Shown here piece by piece: positions 37,331 to 51,039 of a stretch of 64,000 nt of DNA. The notes under the pieces were generated by a model. That model was not told the origin of the DNA and did not search any database. It was given only the letters and a program-made list of their open reading frames with translations. Where the stretch lies: positions 12,028,001 through 12,092,000 of the forward strand of contig NC_043022.1 of assembly GCF_006345805.1 (NCBI RefSeq), in the 5' to 3' direction. The DNA is from Octopus sinensis. Lineage: Eukaryota. Every line of letters begins with the position of its first letter. Position 1 is the stretch's first letter. The translations under genes and the position numbers were made by a program.

Positions 37331-37515
37331 CCCGTTAGCATCCAGATTACTCTGTCAAATGTAATGCTTCTATATTCATATTATTTTGATTTAATGCTGC
37401 ATTATCTCGTAGCTTCAAGTGTGATGTTGGGTAAGTGTTGAGAGGACAGATTTGGCCTGTTTAAACATAAAACAGAATATCCGAGCTGGACGTGGCCAGT
37501 TGAAATGCCAAAGGG
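37331..37515. mobile_element. piggyBac-like MITE (opposite orientation to the 18307 copy)
   Basis: TTAA-CCCGTTAG...CCAAAGGG-TTAA; internal sequence is the reverse complement of the family. Confidence 0.7.
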
Positions 37516-39267
37516 TTAAACTGCGAGCCTTTGCTTTTTTTTTTTTTTTTTTTCCCCCCCTCTAAACACGTTTTGCCAACATGCTGTTGCATCTAGGTTA
37601 GCTAAGTTGTGATGGTCATGAGCATGGTGTAAAGAATATGTGGCAGCCACGTGACTGGGACAAATTTAAAAAAAAAAAAAAGATGGTAAGTAGTCTGTGT
37701 TAAACATGGATTCTTAGCTGATCTGTACAGGAATTCACATTAGTTGGTAGGTGGTTTATACTGCATGTACTTTAACTCTTGGTGCATCTGTACAGTACTG
37801 TACTTAAGATGTCAATCCTTTAAGCAGGGACGGTTTTATCTTATCTCCTGATCTGATGCCTTTCTTTAAGGGCTTCCTTCCCATGGACAGTTTTCCTCCC
37901 TGTCTGCCAGATGTTAAGCATTTTTAATGCTTATCTTCCCTTTATCCAAATCTTTTACATCAATTTGAGATGGGTTTTTTTCTTCTCTCCACTGTACTGT
38001 TCTTGTGGTCACAAACATGTATGGTATCCTTGAAGGATACACATGGCCATACCAATGCAACAGTCATTTCTAAGTTAAGTAATGATCCCCTTGTAAAAGT
38101 TGGTTGGTTGAATGTACTTATACTGCTGACTGTCCTTGATACTTGAATGTATCCATGTAAAAATCTCTCTGGAGGGTAATGTCCCTGTCTCTACCATCGG
38201 GCCATACAGATGTGGATTTTGTGTAATGGGCTCGGCTGTAGTCAAATACGCCTATATTGCAAACAGTTATTGCTTTCAGTCCAATGTAATGGTATTGCAA
38301 AGAGCAGGGCTACCCTGTTTGAGAAAGGTGTAGTATGCAGGCTTACCTTGCGTGTGTATTTCCTTATCCAGTCTGCCATGAGTAGGAACTTAATTTGATT
38401 CGAGTGAGGTCGTTGCCAGTGCTGCTAGACTGGCTCCTGTGCAAGTGGCACATGAAAAGCACCATTTGAGCATGGCCGTTGCCAGTACCACCAGACTGGC
38501 ACGTAAAAGCACCCACTACACTCTTGGTGTGGTTGGCGTTAGGAAGAGCATCCAGCTGTAGAAACTCTGCCAGATCAGATTGGAGTCTGGTGCAGCCATC
38601 TTGTTCACCAGACCTCAGTCTAATCATCCAACCTATGCCAGCATGGAAAGCAGGCATTAAACGATGATGATGTATAATTTACAAAGAGTACAATACTAAC
38701 TTCTGAATAGGGCTCTAGGGGAAGATTCCCGGTTTCCCCTGCAAGTAGTATTGGTGCTCATTTTCAGCTGAGTGTTCTGCAGCAATATGAAATGAAATGT
38801 TTGCTCAAGGTCACAACATGCTGATCATATAAGATTGTGAATCCACCTAGGTCACTAGACAACTGTTTTCTACATACACTTATAATAATTTGATAAACAG
38901 CAAATATAGATCCGTTGTTGAGATTGATTATTATATTGGGGATCAATCATGAAATATTGACGAAGTTTCTGTCGTACATCTATGCCTAATGTTATTCCTC
39001 TATCTCTTCACAATGTCAGTGACCAGGTCAATGTGATATTACTATCCTGGCTTTCCCATGATGTTAAATAATATATATATATATATATAAACATGTATCA
39101 TGTATATATGTATGGTACATTGATGGCTTTGTGGTTAAGATGGGAGCTTTGCAACCCATTGGTTCTGGTTTTGATCCTGTTGCATAGCTGCTTCATTGGC
39201 AAAAATCCTTGAGTGAAATTTTGTAAATGGACATGTGTAGTAGTGGGAGCCTTTGAAGGCAGTGCCC

Positions 39268-39773
39268 CAGTATCTCCTTATCTCCTCAAAGACATACAGC
39301 ATCTCGAAAGAGTCCAGAAGCTGGCTACCCGCATGGTTCTTGGTCTCAAGAATTTGTCTTATGAAGAAAGGCTGAAGATGCTCGACCTTTATTCTCTAGA
39401 AAAACGCGGCCGCCGTGGTGATCTCATTCTTGCTCACAACATCATAAGCGGAAAGTGTAACCTCTCGAAAGAGCTGTTCTTCACTCCTGCTCCAGAGCGT
39501 CGGCTGCGGGGTCATTCCGAAAAGCTCTATCTGCGACGATTTCATCTCAATCGAAGGAGAGGGGCTTTCTCTGTCCGGGTTGCGGATCCGTGGAACAAGC
39601 TGCCAGACGAGATGGTGAAGATGCCGACGACCGCTTTGTTCAAAGTCTCCTTTGACCTCAAGTGGCCTGAACTCTTTACATGAACACCACCCTGTACATA
39701 ACTCCATGTCCCCCTACATGGCCTTGCTTTTTTGCTTTTTGAGCCAAAAATTAATTAACTAACTAACTAACTA
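39268..39773 (+). mobile_element. CR1/L2-like LINE 3' end, 5'-truncated, (AACT)n tail
   Basis: ORF remnant SPYLLKDIQHLERVQKLATRMV...LYSLEKR.RRGDLI...RGHSEKL...WNKLP, typical of the CR1-clade ORF2 C-terminus; 3' UTR, then AACTAACTAACTAACT. Confidence 0.88.
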
Positions 39774-42700
39774 GTTCACTGACTGAGGCCACTAGAAGTA
39801 TAACGTCTCAAATCTGCATAAATAAATATGAATTTAAAAAGAAATATTATTTTTCTGCAAATAACTGGTGTAGTTCTACTTAGGTTACATAGGTGATTAG
39901 GTTGTGTGTTTGGATATAATGAGAAAGATAAGACATCGTTCAGTGAGTGTATCATGACTTTTCATGCTGTATGAATGGCTGAGTAAAATGCAGGCTGTGA
40001 TATGGCAGCATAACTACACTTAGGAAGTGGTCTTTGATTTACCAACACATTTTGAAGTGTGTGTATATGTGTGGCCTGACTTGTTATTTAGGCATTGTTG
40101 TCCTACGATCAGATCGACTTTTCATTTGGTTCATCACAAAGGTAAGTTTTATCTCTTGGAATATCTTCAGATAATAATGGGGTTGTGATTCTTCTTACCC
40201 TTCTACAATTTACACCCATTTTGCCATTCTTTTATTTACACGAATAGGGGTGTATGTATGTATGTGTGTGTGTGTGTGTGCACAACATATGCGTGTGAAT
40301 ATTTATATATGTAAGAATATGTAATATATGTATTAAACTTGGATGGGTGACTTCTACCATTGTGCAGAATTGGAATATAGTTGAGGAAAATGGTATAGGA
40401 GCCTCTCATGCATATATGGGGGGAAGTAGTTTAAGTTATTGGGCTGCAGCTGTGGAATCCATGTCTGATATGGTCCCCGACCCATCTAGGAAAGCAGTGA
40501 CTCCTTAATAAGTGCCGAGTTGAATTGTGACAGTCTGTCCAACCAATAGCGGCATGGGAAAGTGGTGGTGATGGGTGATTTTTCTCTTCTGACTGAGGCA
40601 CTATTTTATAAGTAGAATAGGCATGTAATAACATCTAATTATTATTTGAGAGATAACATTATCTTGTCACTTGGTAAATGTCTCTACCTTTCATAACTAT
40701 TTTGCGAGATATTTGTGTGACCCAAATGTGCAAAGCCAATTAACTCTGCGGGAAGTTTATAGCTGTTGAGAATTGATACATTAATTACATTCTCATTTAA
40801 TAGAGTGTAGATATTGGAGGGAGTTGTGTGATTTTAAGCGTCTTTGACCTGTCTGGTTTTTATGATTTAAGGATTTGTGGAAATTCATTTAAGTGTTTGG
40901 TTTTGGAATATTTGTGTAATTGTGAACTTTGATCTTAAGAAGTGAGATCTTAATGTATTATATAATAAATAAAGAATATAGAACTGGATATGTCTAATTT
41001 ACAAAACCTGGTGGGACTTTAATTTTAGTGACATAATGCATGTTAATATTTAGACATAAGTACCAGTGAGTACTGGGATCGATGTAATTGACTTACTCCC
41101 AACTTCGAAATGGCTGGCCTTGTACCAAAATTTGAAATCAATTTTTAGACATTGTGTTCATGATGGTAGTCTCATTTACTAGTTGTACCCCGTGAAAATC
41201 CCATGGTTATTTTGTGAATTGTAAGATGTTTTACACTGTTGGCCATATTGTATAAGTTTTGAATTGAACTGACGATAATTCACTAAAGTGCATAAAAGTT
41301 CAAAACAAAACATAAAGAAACTAACACTTGTTGCTGATCCCTTCAGTAAACACATTTTTTTCTGTCTCCCCTTTTTCTTTCAACTATAACCACATTTCCC
41401 ATGTATTAAATATTATTTCCCCTCTCACTCTTTCCTTCTACTTCTTCTTCAACTATTTAACAGCATACTAGCTTTCACTCTCTCTTCTCCTCTCCCTTCA
41501 ACTGACCACAACATCACACGTTCTCCCTTAGCACATTAATGTAGAGATATGTGTGTATGTATGTATATATATATATATATATATATATAAAAGTTCAGCA
41601 AAATTTAGATTCAAATGAATATGGTACTTAAGTTAGATGCACCAGAATCTTGTATGGTGTTATCCATATAAATCCATGGGGTGATTATAATCAAAATAAA
41701 TAACAAGAATATCTTCGGTAATTTGGAAATTATCGTAAATTACCGAAGATATTCTTGTTGCTTATTTTGATTATATATACACATGTATGCAGTTTTCTCT
41801 GCTTCTTTCTCTCACTTTCCTTTCTCGCTCCCGGTCCCCCAACTAACTAAAGTGTAGCTTGTAAAAGAACAAAGCAGGATTATGATATAGATGTGACAGG
41901 AGTGTTTATGATTCATTTTCGTGGCATGTTGATTGTAACAACAATAACGAGTAATTAACTCGTGAGAAAATTTAGTAGTTTCTGTTTTTGGGAAGAGCTT
42001 TTTAGGAGATATTATTTAAATAGAATTCAATTTTTCCTCACATCAAAAGCTCTCATGTTGGTGTCATGTAGGATGCACTTACGCCCATGTCATGTAAGAG
42101 TATCCGTACCAGTGCCATATAAAAAGCATCCAGTACATTCTGTAAAGTGGTTGGCATTAGGAAGGGCATCCAGCTGTAGAAACCATGCCAGAAGAGACAA
42201 ATGGAGCCTGGTTGGCCAGCTCCTGCCAAACCATCCAACCCATGCCGGCATGGAAAATGAATGTTAAATGAAGATAACGATGAATTAGTCTTTTGGATTA
42301 CAGGCAGTAATATGTGCAGGCATTGCTGTTTTGTCGAGTTTACTTTGTAATGATGTTGTTACGGGTTCAGTCCCACTGTACAGCACCATGGGCAAGTGTC
42401 TTCTACTGTAGTCCCTGATTGGTCAGTGCCTTGTGAGTGAATTTAGACTGAGTCTGTATGGAAGCTTTTTGTGTTTGTGTGTGTGTGTATATATATATAT
42501 ATATTTAATCCTAGAAGATGGAATGAACAGCCTTTAATAGAAATCACAACAGTTCTGTGCATTAGCAATAGCTGTTAGTTGCCAGGTTTTCCATATTATG
42601 CATATTACATATCTGCATACCCACCTGCTAACACGTAGGTACACAGCTATTGCTGGATCATATTTGTATAATGTGGTAAACTCAGCAACTAACAGTTGAT

Positions 42701-43762
42701 ACTAATGCACAGAGACTATTGTTGGAACTTGTATTAAAGCCTGTTCGTTCCATCATCCCTGTATTATAAATTTTTTGAATGGATGAAGAGCGTGATGGTT
42801 GAGAATCCAAGCATGAGAAGCACTGCTACTGGTGATGTAGATAAGACTTAGGTTTGGATTAAAGCCACTTTTCTCCTGTCTGCTGATATTACTTTTGCTA
42901 TAAATGAAGTGAAATGTTCTTGTGTGGCTAAGAATGCCATTAAAAAGTTCACTGTCTGGCAAAAAAGGTTGATAGAGCAGGCTTTAAAAATGCGTGCTGG
43001 GGTTGATTTGTTCAGTTAAGCCCTTCAAAGTGGGGTCCCAGTATGGCCATGGACCAATGACAACGAACTGAAGGATAAAAGATGCAAATATAGTGGTAGG
43101 CGGAGAGGAGAGCTGTCAGTGTAGAATGATGGTAATGACAAAGGCAATTTTATTTCTAGAAGAAATCTAAAAAAAGCTTATAATAGTTTTGGTGTGTATT
43201 ATATGTCTGGCATTTAGCTTGTTGGGGGTATTGTTGTTTAGCCTACTGTTATCGAGAGGTCTAAATACTACAAAATGCAGTGTGTTCATTAATGATTATA
43301 ATGTGTGAACTCCAGGAAATTTCCAGCGGATTGAGCAACTGCTTAGAGGCTCCTCCATTGGCTTATTTTATCTTGCTGTGTAATGGAGATGTCTGCTTTT
43401 AAGGTCTGTGTTATGGAGGTAGTCCTGGTTTTATCCAGTATGTTGTATGTAATTGATGAGTTAGGTTAACATGTAACCTGGTCATCAGATATCTTGGAAT
43501 GATAGTGTTAGTCCTGTCAAGCAAACCCATAGTTGAAAGGGTTCTTACTGTGAGCATTGTCTTTTTGGTATGTTCAATGTGTCCTTCCTTTTTTAACAGA
43601 GTTGAATGTAATTTGACAGGTTTAATTGTTATTTGTACCAGATTCAGTGACTGAGTGCTTAGGGCCTTCTTGCGTTCTGTGTATTCATATTTAGTTACTA
43701 TAATTTGTTCATCACTATCTGAACAATAATTGGTGGGGGAGAGATTATTTTTTTGGTGTTCT

Positions 43763-43885
43763 GGTTGAGGAGGTGGTTACCTCTTGTTGGTTCCGGTTGA
43801 GGAGCTGGTTTATTCTAGTTGGTTCTAGTTGAGGAGCTGGTTTACTCCAGTTGGTTCTGGTTGAGGAGCTGGTTTGCTCTAGTTA
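43763..43885. repeat. 32-bp minisatellite, 4 copies (GGTTGAGGAGCTGGTTTACTCTAGTTGGTTCT)
   Basis: Unit starts at 43763, 43795, 43827 and 43859. Confidence 0.85.
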
Positions 43886-44152
43886 GATCTCAGATTTGGC
43901 ACAGTTCTTAACCCTTAGGTCTAGCGTATTTTAAATATGAGGTTGTAGATAAGTATATTATTTTGTTGGTAGCTGATAGGTTGTCATACGTAAGGGTGAT
44001 GCCCAAAAATGATTTGTAGACTAAACGTGGAGTGATTTCCATTTGATTTTGAAGCTTTTACTCTAAGAAAATTTAAAGTGTTTTCTTATACATTTAGTCT
44101 TTGAAGATGAAAGCATTTTTCAATATTTATAAAGGTTATTTTTGCTTCAGAT

Positions 44153-44218
<66 letters not shown>

Positions 44219-44426
44219 CACACAGTTGAAAGTGTAAGCCTAATTGTTTGGCTTCCCATCTGCTGCATAGCACTTTGGATAAGTATTCTATAGCCTCAGG
44301 CCAACTGATTCTTTCTAAGTAGATTTGGCAGATGGAAACAGAATGAAGCCTGTTTATATGTCTGTGCTGCTGTTTTCTTGTCTTGGTGGTTGTAAGCTAG
44401 CTTCACCATTATTCAACAAACAGGAT

Positions 44427-44850
44427 ACTCTTTTACTTGTTTCAGTCATGTGACTGGAGCACTGCCTTTGGTCGGGCAAATTAACCCCAGGACTTATTCT
44501 TTGTAAGCCTAGTACTTATTCTATTGGTCTCTTTTGCCGAACTGCTAAGTTACGGGGACGTAAACGCACCAGCATCGATTCTCAAGCAATGTTGGGGGGA
44601 CAAACACAGACACACAAGCATATACACACATATATATATAAGAATTTTTGCTTAATAAGATAAAAAATCAAGCCTGTATAGATATTAGCATTTATAGATA
44701 CAACAGGCTTCTTTCAGTTTCCAAGATCCACTCAAGGCTTTGGTCGGCCCGAGGCTATAGTAGAAGACACTTGCCCAAAGTGCCATGCAGTGGGACTGAA
44801 CCCGGAACCATGTGGTTGGTAAGCAAGCTACTTACCACACAGCCACTCCT
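44427..44850 (-). mobile_element. SINE family A, interrupted copy
   Basis: Reverse complement of family A with about 55 bp of extra sequence in the middle. Confidence 0.8.
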
Positions 44851-47800
44851 ATATACACACACACACACACCTTCGAAGATAATTAGTGTGAAAAATGTTC
44901 TTCTTGGTAACAGCTTTCACTTTAAACATAGATATTTAAAATTGTTTTCATACAATGAGATAGATTGGTGGAGAGAATATTTTTGTCTTTTTTTCTGTAC
45001 TTTCTCTTCTCGCACCAATTTTGTCAAATTATATAGCTTCTTTTGCTAAAACTAGATGCTCGTAGGACCTAAGATGTTGGTTAATTAAAAGAATGTTTAT
45101 ATTCAGGTGTGGGTTTTTATATAAACATGATTTTCATAAAGTATTCATGTTGAACAACACATTTTAATTTTAAGAGGGACTATTTTGGTCTGTAGTCTGT
45201 CTGCTAGCTAATGATATTTGAATAAAGACATTGAGTAAATGATTGAGGACAACATTAATTTCTTCACATTACTTTTTTGTATTAGGTCGACAATTTAAGT
45301 ACATGGTTCTCTGTACTAGTTGTAGATAATCGTCATGGTGATATATATATAATGTCACTATTTTACACATCATGGTCAAATAAACTGGTGTCTTGTTTAT
45401 TTATCATCCATTGACAGTGTTCAAAATTGACAAAGTTCTAGTGCTTTTAAGTAACAATAACACATTTGATTTTTTATTCTGCCAGATTCCGCATAGAATC
45501 TCCCGTCAGTTATTGCTGCTATGAGGAAGGGCAGTTAACCATTGTTTGGCCTGTTGACGCCATATAACCAACAGTGGTGTATGTGATATCACCTGTTGTA
45601 TCATATGCATACTTCAGTCCTTTTGTTACCCTGTTTCTTTTGAAATATGTTTGAATTAATTTTTTAAATAATGAAGAATTTAGTAAAGTTAACTCCTTAT
45701 TATTAAGCTGGTATTAAAAGCATGGAATGTTAATGGAAGATTTTGAGACAGGAAATTTATATTGTAGAACTAGGACATGGGGCTCAAGTGAGTTGTTGAT
45801 TTTATCCCCTCGGCATTACAATAATATGGCATCAGAGATATAATGTCTCTTATCTAGCTGGGTTTACTTACTCTAATATTCTTGTGGGTCTCTTTTTCAT
45901 CTTTAATTCTAGTTTGAGGAAGGATGGCTATGCTTAGCCTTTCCAGTTAATCTCCGGTGCTGACTATAGGACCATGTGGATGCTATGAATTTTTGAAGGT
46001 CAGTGACTAGGAGGGTTTGAAATCCAAAGTGAGATCAGCAGAGACGTATAGACTTGTTAAAGTTGGGGTAGAAGAGAAACCATACCATTTAATGGTAGTT
46101 GGTTGTGTGTGTGGTGGAGCTACGACAGTGTAGAATGAGCAGTTTATGGGAGGTCGAGGCAATGGAGTTAGCCTTGATGCGGTAACAGTTTTTATGGAGC
46201 TTTGGCTGTGTGGATTCAGTGTCATATGCTTAAAGGCCTACATAATCTGTTTTTTCTGATTGCAGCCCCTGGTAGTGTTGTGTTTAAAATAACAATTGTG
46301 TTAATGTTTGTAGGTGTTCATAATTAAATACAAACTCCACACAGTATGGAATTCAGTTTGTGGTGGTGGTTAGCATGGTTCAACTTTGATTGAAGTCACC
46401 TTTGGTCAAAGATGTTCCAACCACGATCACCCTGTCTTTTGAGCATTGCATATCTAGGACTAAATTATCCAATCTGGTCTGGCCTTTTCAGGCCAGTAGG
46501 ATGCAGTCTGAGAGGGATTTGGCTGCTATTCTTTGCATGTCATATTTGATGTTACTGGTGTTCAACCTTGGGTCAAACTTGAGTTGACTTGTAACCGAAT
46601 GTATAATCCAGTATCCTCTAGGAGACTTTGCTGTCATTTCTAGCAGATTGAGCAACTATGGAGTATGTATGCTTCTGGTTTGTCTCTGGGGCTTACATTG
46701 AATAAACTTGCTGGAATGACGAGTGGAGAGACTTTATACGTGTCCTGATTACATAACATTATTTTTGAAATTCTCTGAACAGCTAAAGACTTATCAGAAA
46801 GTGAATGTTGCATTGACAGCAATGTTGTAGATGGAGTAGTAGCCTATGTAAAACCCTTTTTTTTTAACCATATTTCTGTTGAAATACACTGGTTTTCTTT
46901 GTTGTTTTGTCAGTATGTAGCAAAATGAAATTGTCCTTATTAAGCTGGTGTTTAAAATATCAATTTTTGATGGCAGGTTTTAGTTCAAGTTCACTTTAAA
47001 ACAGGAAGCTTGTATTATAAGATTACGGGCAGGTTGGTATCGAAAAGTGTTAAGTATTCTAACTCAAAGGTGTAAGGTTTTCTTAATTTCGAAATTATTC
47101 TATAAAGTGTAGCATATTTCACATAAATTCCTTACTATTTAAGGAGCTCATGTTTGCCGCATTAATCTTTTGTTGTTGAAATAGAATGCCTTCCTTTCAA
47201 CCTTAACCTTTTGTTACTGTATTTATTTTGAGATACTCTGTGTTTCTTTCAATTTAAATATAACAAAGAATTTAGTAAAATAGCTTAGTTATCATTCAGC
47301 TAGTGTTAGGAGATTTTAATTCAGAACTTATGAAAACAAGGCATTTGTACCACAGAGCCAGTTTCAGCCGGGTTGGTAACAAAAGAGTTGAATACCTCAA
47401 ATTTTCTGGAAAGTTTTAATGTAGATCACTTGAAAACATGAGGTTTGTATCATGGAACCAGGGGCTATTTCAGGTGGGTTGGTATCAAAAAGGTTATGTT
47501 AATTATTAGGCAGTGAATACTATAATGGAAATTTGCTTTGTGACTATCTTTAGTTTGATTGGCCTATTAATTGATGTTAATATAATTATTGTAGTAGTGT
47601 TGGCCATGTCACTGGATCCTCTCTTGTAGTTGATGCTGAAATGGTTTGGGATGGAAAGTAATGTAAGATTAAATGATGCAAACTTGATGATATATACGTA
47701 GTGGTGCTGCCTTCCTAATATCTATTTCTTTGTCTTGTTCAGTCACTTAGTATCCGTCAATGTGTAATCTTTAGTTAAAGAGTCAGGTGTTGGTTCACTA

Positions 47801-50800
47801 ATGTATTCCAGTTCTTTTGGGTGTTTTTCCATGCTTAATCTGTGGAGTGTAGCCCGTTCCCCACCTAAATGCCATTTAAATAATTGCTACCTCATCTGAT
47901 ATAGTCGTTTTTATTCAGGGTCCTGCAGGGAAACAATGTGTAGACATTGTTGGCAAACATAGCATATGACTAATCTTTATTGTCTATAACTAATGGCACA
48001 TAGACCAGTCAGCCTTGTAAGTGGTGGATGAACCCTTTGCCATTGTTACATGCACCCTGGGTTGACCCTGGTGAACAGCTGTTTTTAGTTCATCTGGTGT
48101 GCACAGTGTATTAACAGTTTCATTGAAATTGTCAAGAAACTGAAAGGTCAGCCGATCGAGTGATCAATGGCACTTCATTTCTTTACGTTTTAAAATAATG
48201 CTTTCTACTCTTTGTGCAAAACCGGCAATTTTGAAGCAAATGGAATGACTAATCAGTCCCATCAACCACCAGTACTTCAGTGATGGTTCATTATATTAAA
48301 ACCATTAGAATGAAGGGTAAAGTTGATTCCTGATGGGATTTGAACTTGGAATGTAGAGAATTGGAGTGTTTACTGCTCAGCAGCTTTTCTGATGTTGTAA
48401 CAGTTTTACCACTCTACCAGCCTGAGTCATAGTTCTTTAATGATTATGTCAATGGGAACTGTTGAAACAGCCTGACTGCCTCTCTCCATCCTGATCTTCC
48501 ATTAGTGTTTTTAAGTCTTCAACTTTGCAAGCTGTTGTTTATGTCTCTTCTGTGGTACCACAATTTGGTGTCCACAGCAACATTACTCACAAAGTTCTTC
48601 TTTACTTCTCCGAAAGTGGCCAGCAAACCTCAATCTCCACTCTTGGATGCTTGATAAGAGAGTTGGTACTTTCCCATATGACCATTTTGCTTCATCCAAT
48701 TTCTGGGAAAATGAAATTGCATGCTCAAACACGCAGTAAATTAGAATTCACAGTTACTACATATCCTCTCTCTTCAAAGAACTATGGGGACCTAACATTC
48801 CTAAGTTTTATACATAGCACAACACACTGTTTCTCATACAGTGAAGGGGGCTCATTAAAATTTTTGTGGATTGGTCTGTGATCTATAGCAAAAGCTTTAC
48901 CTTTTCACATTGTCACCACACCAGAGCAACTACTGGATGCTCTGGTGGATTCTAGTGATTTGGCTATGTCTAATGAAATGAACAATGTCACCATTTCTGT
49001 CAACAGCATATTTTCAGGCTTTCTTTGCACAGTCATATTGTTTTTACGATGAAATTTCCATCAGGGTGTATTTCAATCTGAGCTGTGTCTGGTACCGTGC
49101 TCATGTGTTGTAGTAGGCTTTGAAATGATGTATTTTATGACATCTGTGTCATTTTTTTTTCCATAAAAGCTTACATGAAAAGGCAGATAGAAATGTTTCT
49201 GCACTGAGTGACTGAACTGAGATATCTACAAAAACGTTTCCATTACCAAAACATGTTACACGTACCGCAAAACACCTGACCATTCGCTTTACCATCAAAG
49301 TATATAGTCATTTAAAAAATTATACCAGTTTTCTCTCAGGCTTGCTATATAGATCTGAATTTTGTTGTTTTTAACATCCATTCTAGCACAACTTTCAAGT
49401 TTGATTATTGCTATCTGATTATCATTGTTAACTCCCCCCACACACACCTAATTTGTAGTCGAGGAAATTCACCAGAAGAGCTCATTTAGATGTTTAAGAT
49501 TTCATGATCCGTAGTTATAATTTTATTAGTGTTCAGTGAATAATTAGCAAATATTGAAGCCTTAATCTAAAACTCATCAAACATAATAAGGTGCTACTAT
49601 TGAGGAGTATAGATTGTTTGTCATTTATAATTCTTAAAATATTGGATTGGTTTAAGTAACATATTCTGTTTATTTCATGCAATATTTCCACTTGAGTTAA
49701 CATGTAAAATTAACGTATTTTTCATCTCTTACTTTTAATTGATACCATTTGATTACTAGCAAGAATTTTTGTAATTGAAACTGATTTGTTTGTGGAAATA
49801 TTGTCAATCCAATTTAGTCAGAATTGTTTGTAGGTGTGGCGGTTCTTGCTTTCGTTTTGATCGCGGAATTGTAAATTTGTAAACAAAAGAACCAGTCTCC
49901 GTATTTCAGTCAAGTAAACATCTAAAGCACTGTTCAACTTGTACTGAAATGTTCTCTAGAACCTGCTGGAAAAACTTACCATTACCAGTGAATTTGGCAG
50001 ACATTTGCAAATGTTCACACTCGTTGCTTCCCGAACTCCTCAGGGTGAGTTGAATTTTTCTGATTTTCTCATAATCTAAACGTTAATTATCTTCTGCTAG
50101 TTTTAACAGTTTCTAAGACAAGATGGTTCTTTCCTTTGATTGTCATAACTGCATTGTTTTTTTGTTTATTATTATTTCTTTTTTTTTTTTTTCCTTTTGG
50201 TTTAACTTTGTCTTTGAGAATCTTCTGGTATCTGAAATGGTAGAGTAATTCCTTAAATGTTTCTCTCTCTCTCTGTTCCTTTCTAATTTTTTTATTATAA
50301 CAATTACCGATGCCATTGCATTTCTTCAGGAATTTTTTCTTACATTCTATAAACAAGAGAAAAGGATGGAAGCATTCTTTATGAGGGGTAAAAGGAATGG
50401 ACATTGAGAACACCCTGAACATTTGCTGTTCATCGAATGGACTTAACCAGAATGTCTGTAAAAAGTTTTCTCATAATATTACATATTGGTTGAAATATCC
50501 TTTCACTCATAGTAATCGGGTAGCCGAGAATATATTGCATTGTTTTAAGGTTGATTCATTTCTTTTATACTTTTGCATTTGTAACAAATAATGTTTTTAC
50601 AATTCTCCAAGTTGTGAAATACTTTGTTGTCATTGTTTTGTCTAAACACAGTCTGATGATGGTTTTATTTTATTAAGGTAGTTAGAATGGAACCTTACTG
50701 CTTCTCCAGCCAATTTTGCTCCTGTGTCTGCAACACTTTACACACATCTCTAAAACTATAAATTCCTCTGGACAATTAAGATACAGATGCATTCTTCTAG

Positions 50801-51039
50801 ACTACAATAATTTAGTTTTGTGAAAGTATCTCCATGTTTTCTGTTCAATGGCAACACAGCTGTTGCTCATTCTCTCTCGTCTCAACCAACCACAACCCTT
50901 ATCAGTTAAATGTGATTCCAGTTCTTCTTCTAGTCAAAGTCTTATACTCTTTTGAGATGTTATTTGCAAGGACGCAGCAGCCTTTTTTTTTTTTTTTTTT
51001 TGACACATATCCGCAGTGTGGTAATCCTTGTACTTGCAG

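Noticed and set aside
39213-39683. 156-aa ORF as a host gene
   Set aside because: It is the C-terminal remnant of a CR1-like LINE ORF2 without the RT core; the listed start is a non-ATG codon.
48525-49000. 118-aa ORF and possible RT remnant on the opposite strand
   Set aside because: Many stops and only vague similarity to RT motifs; not supportable.
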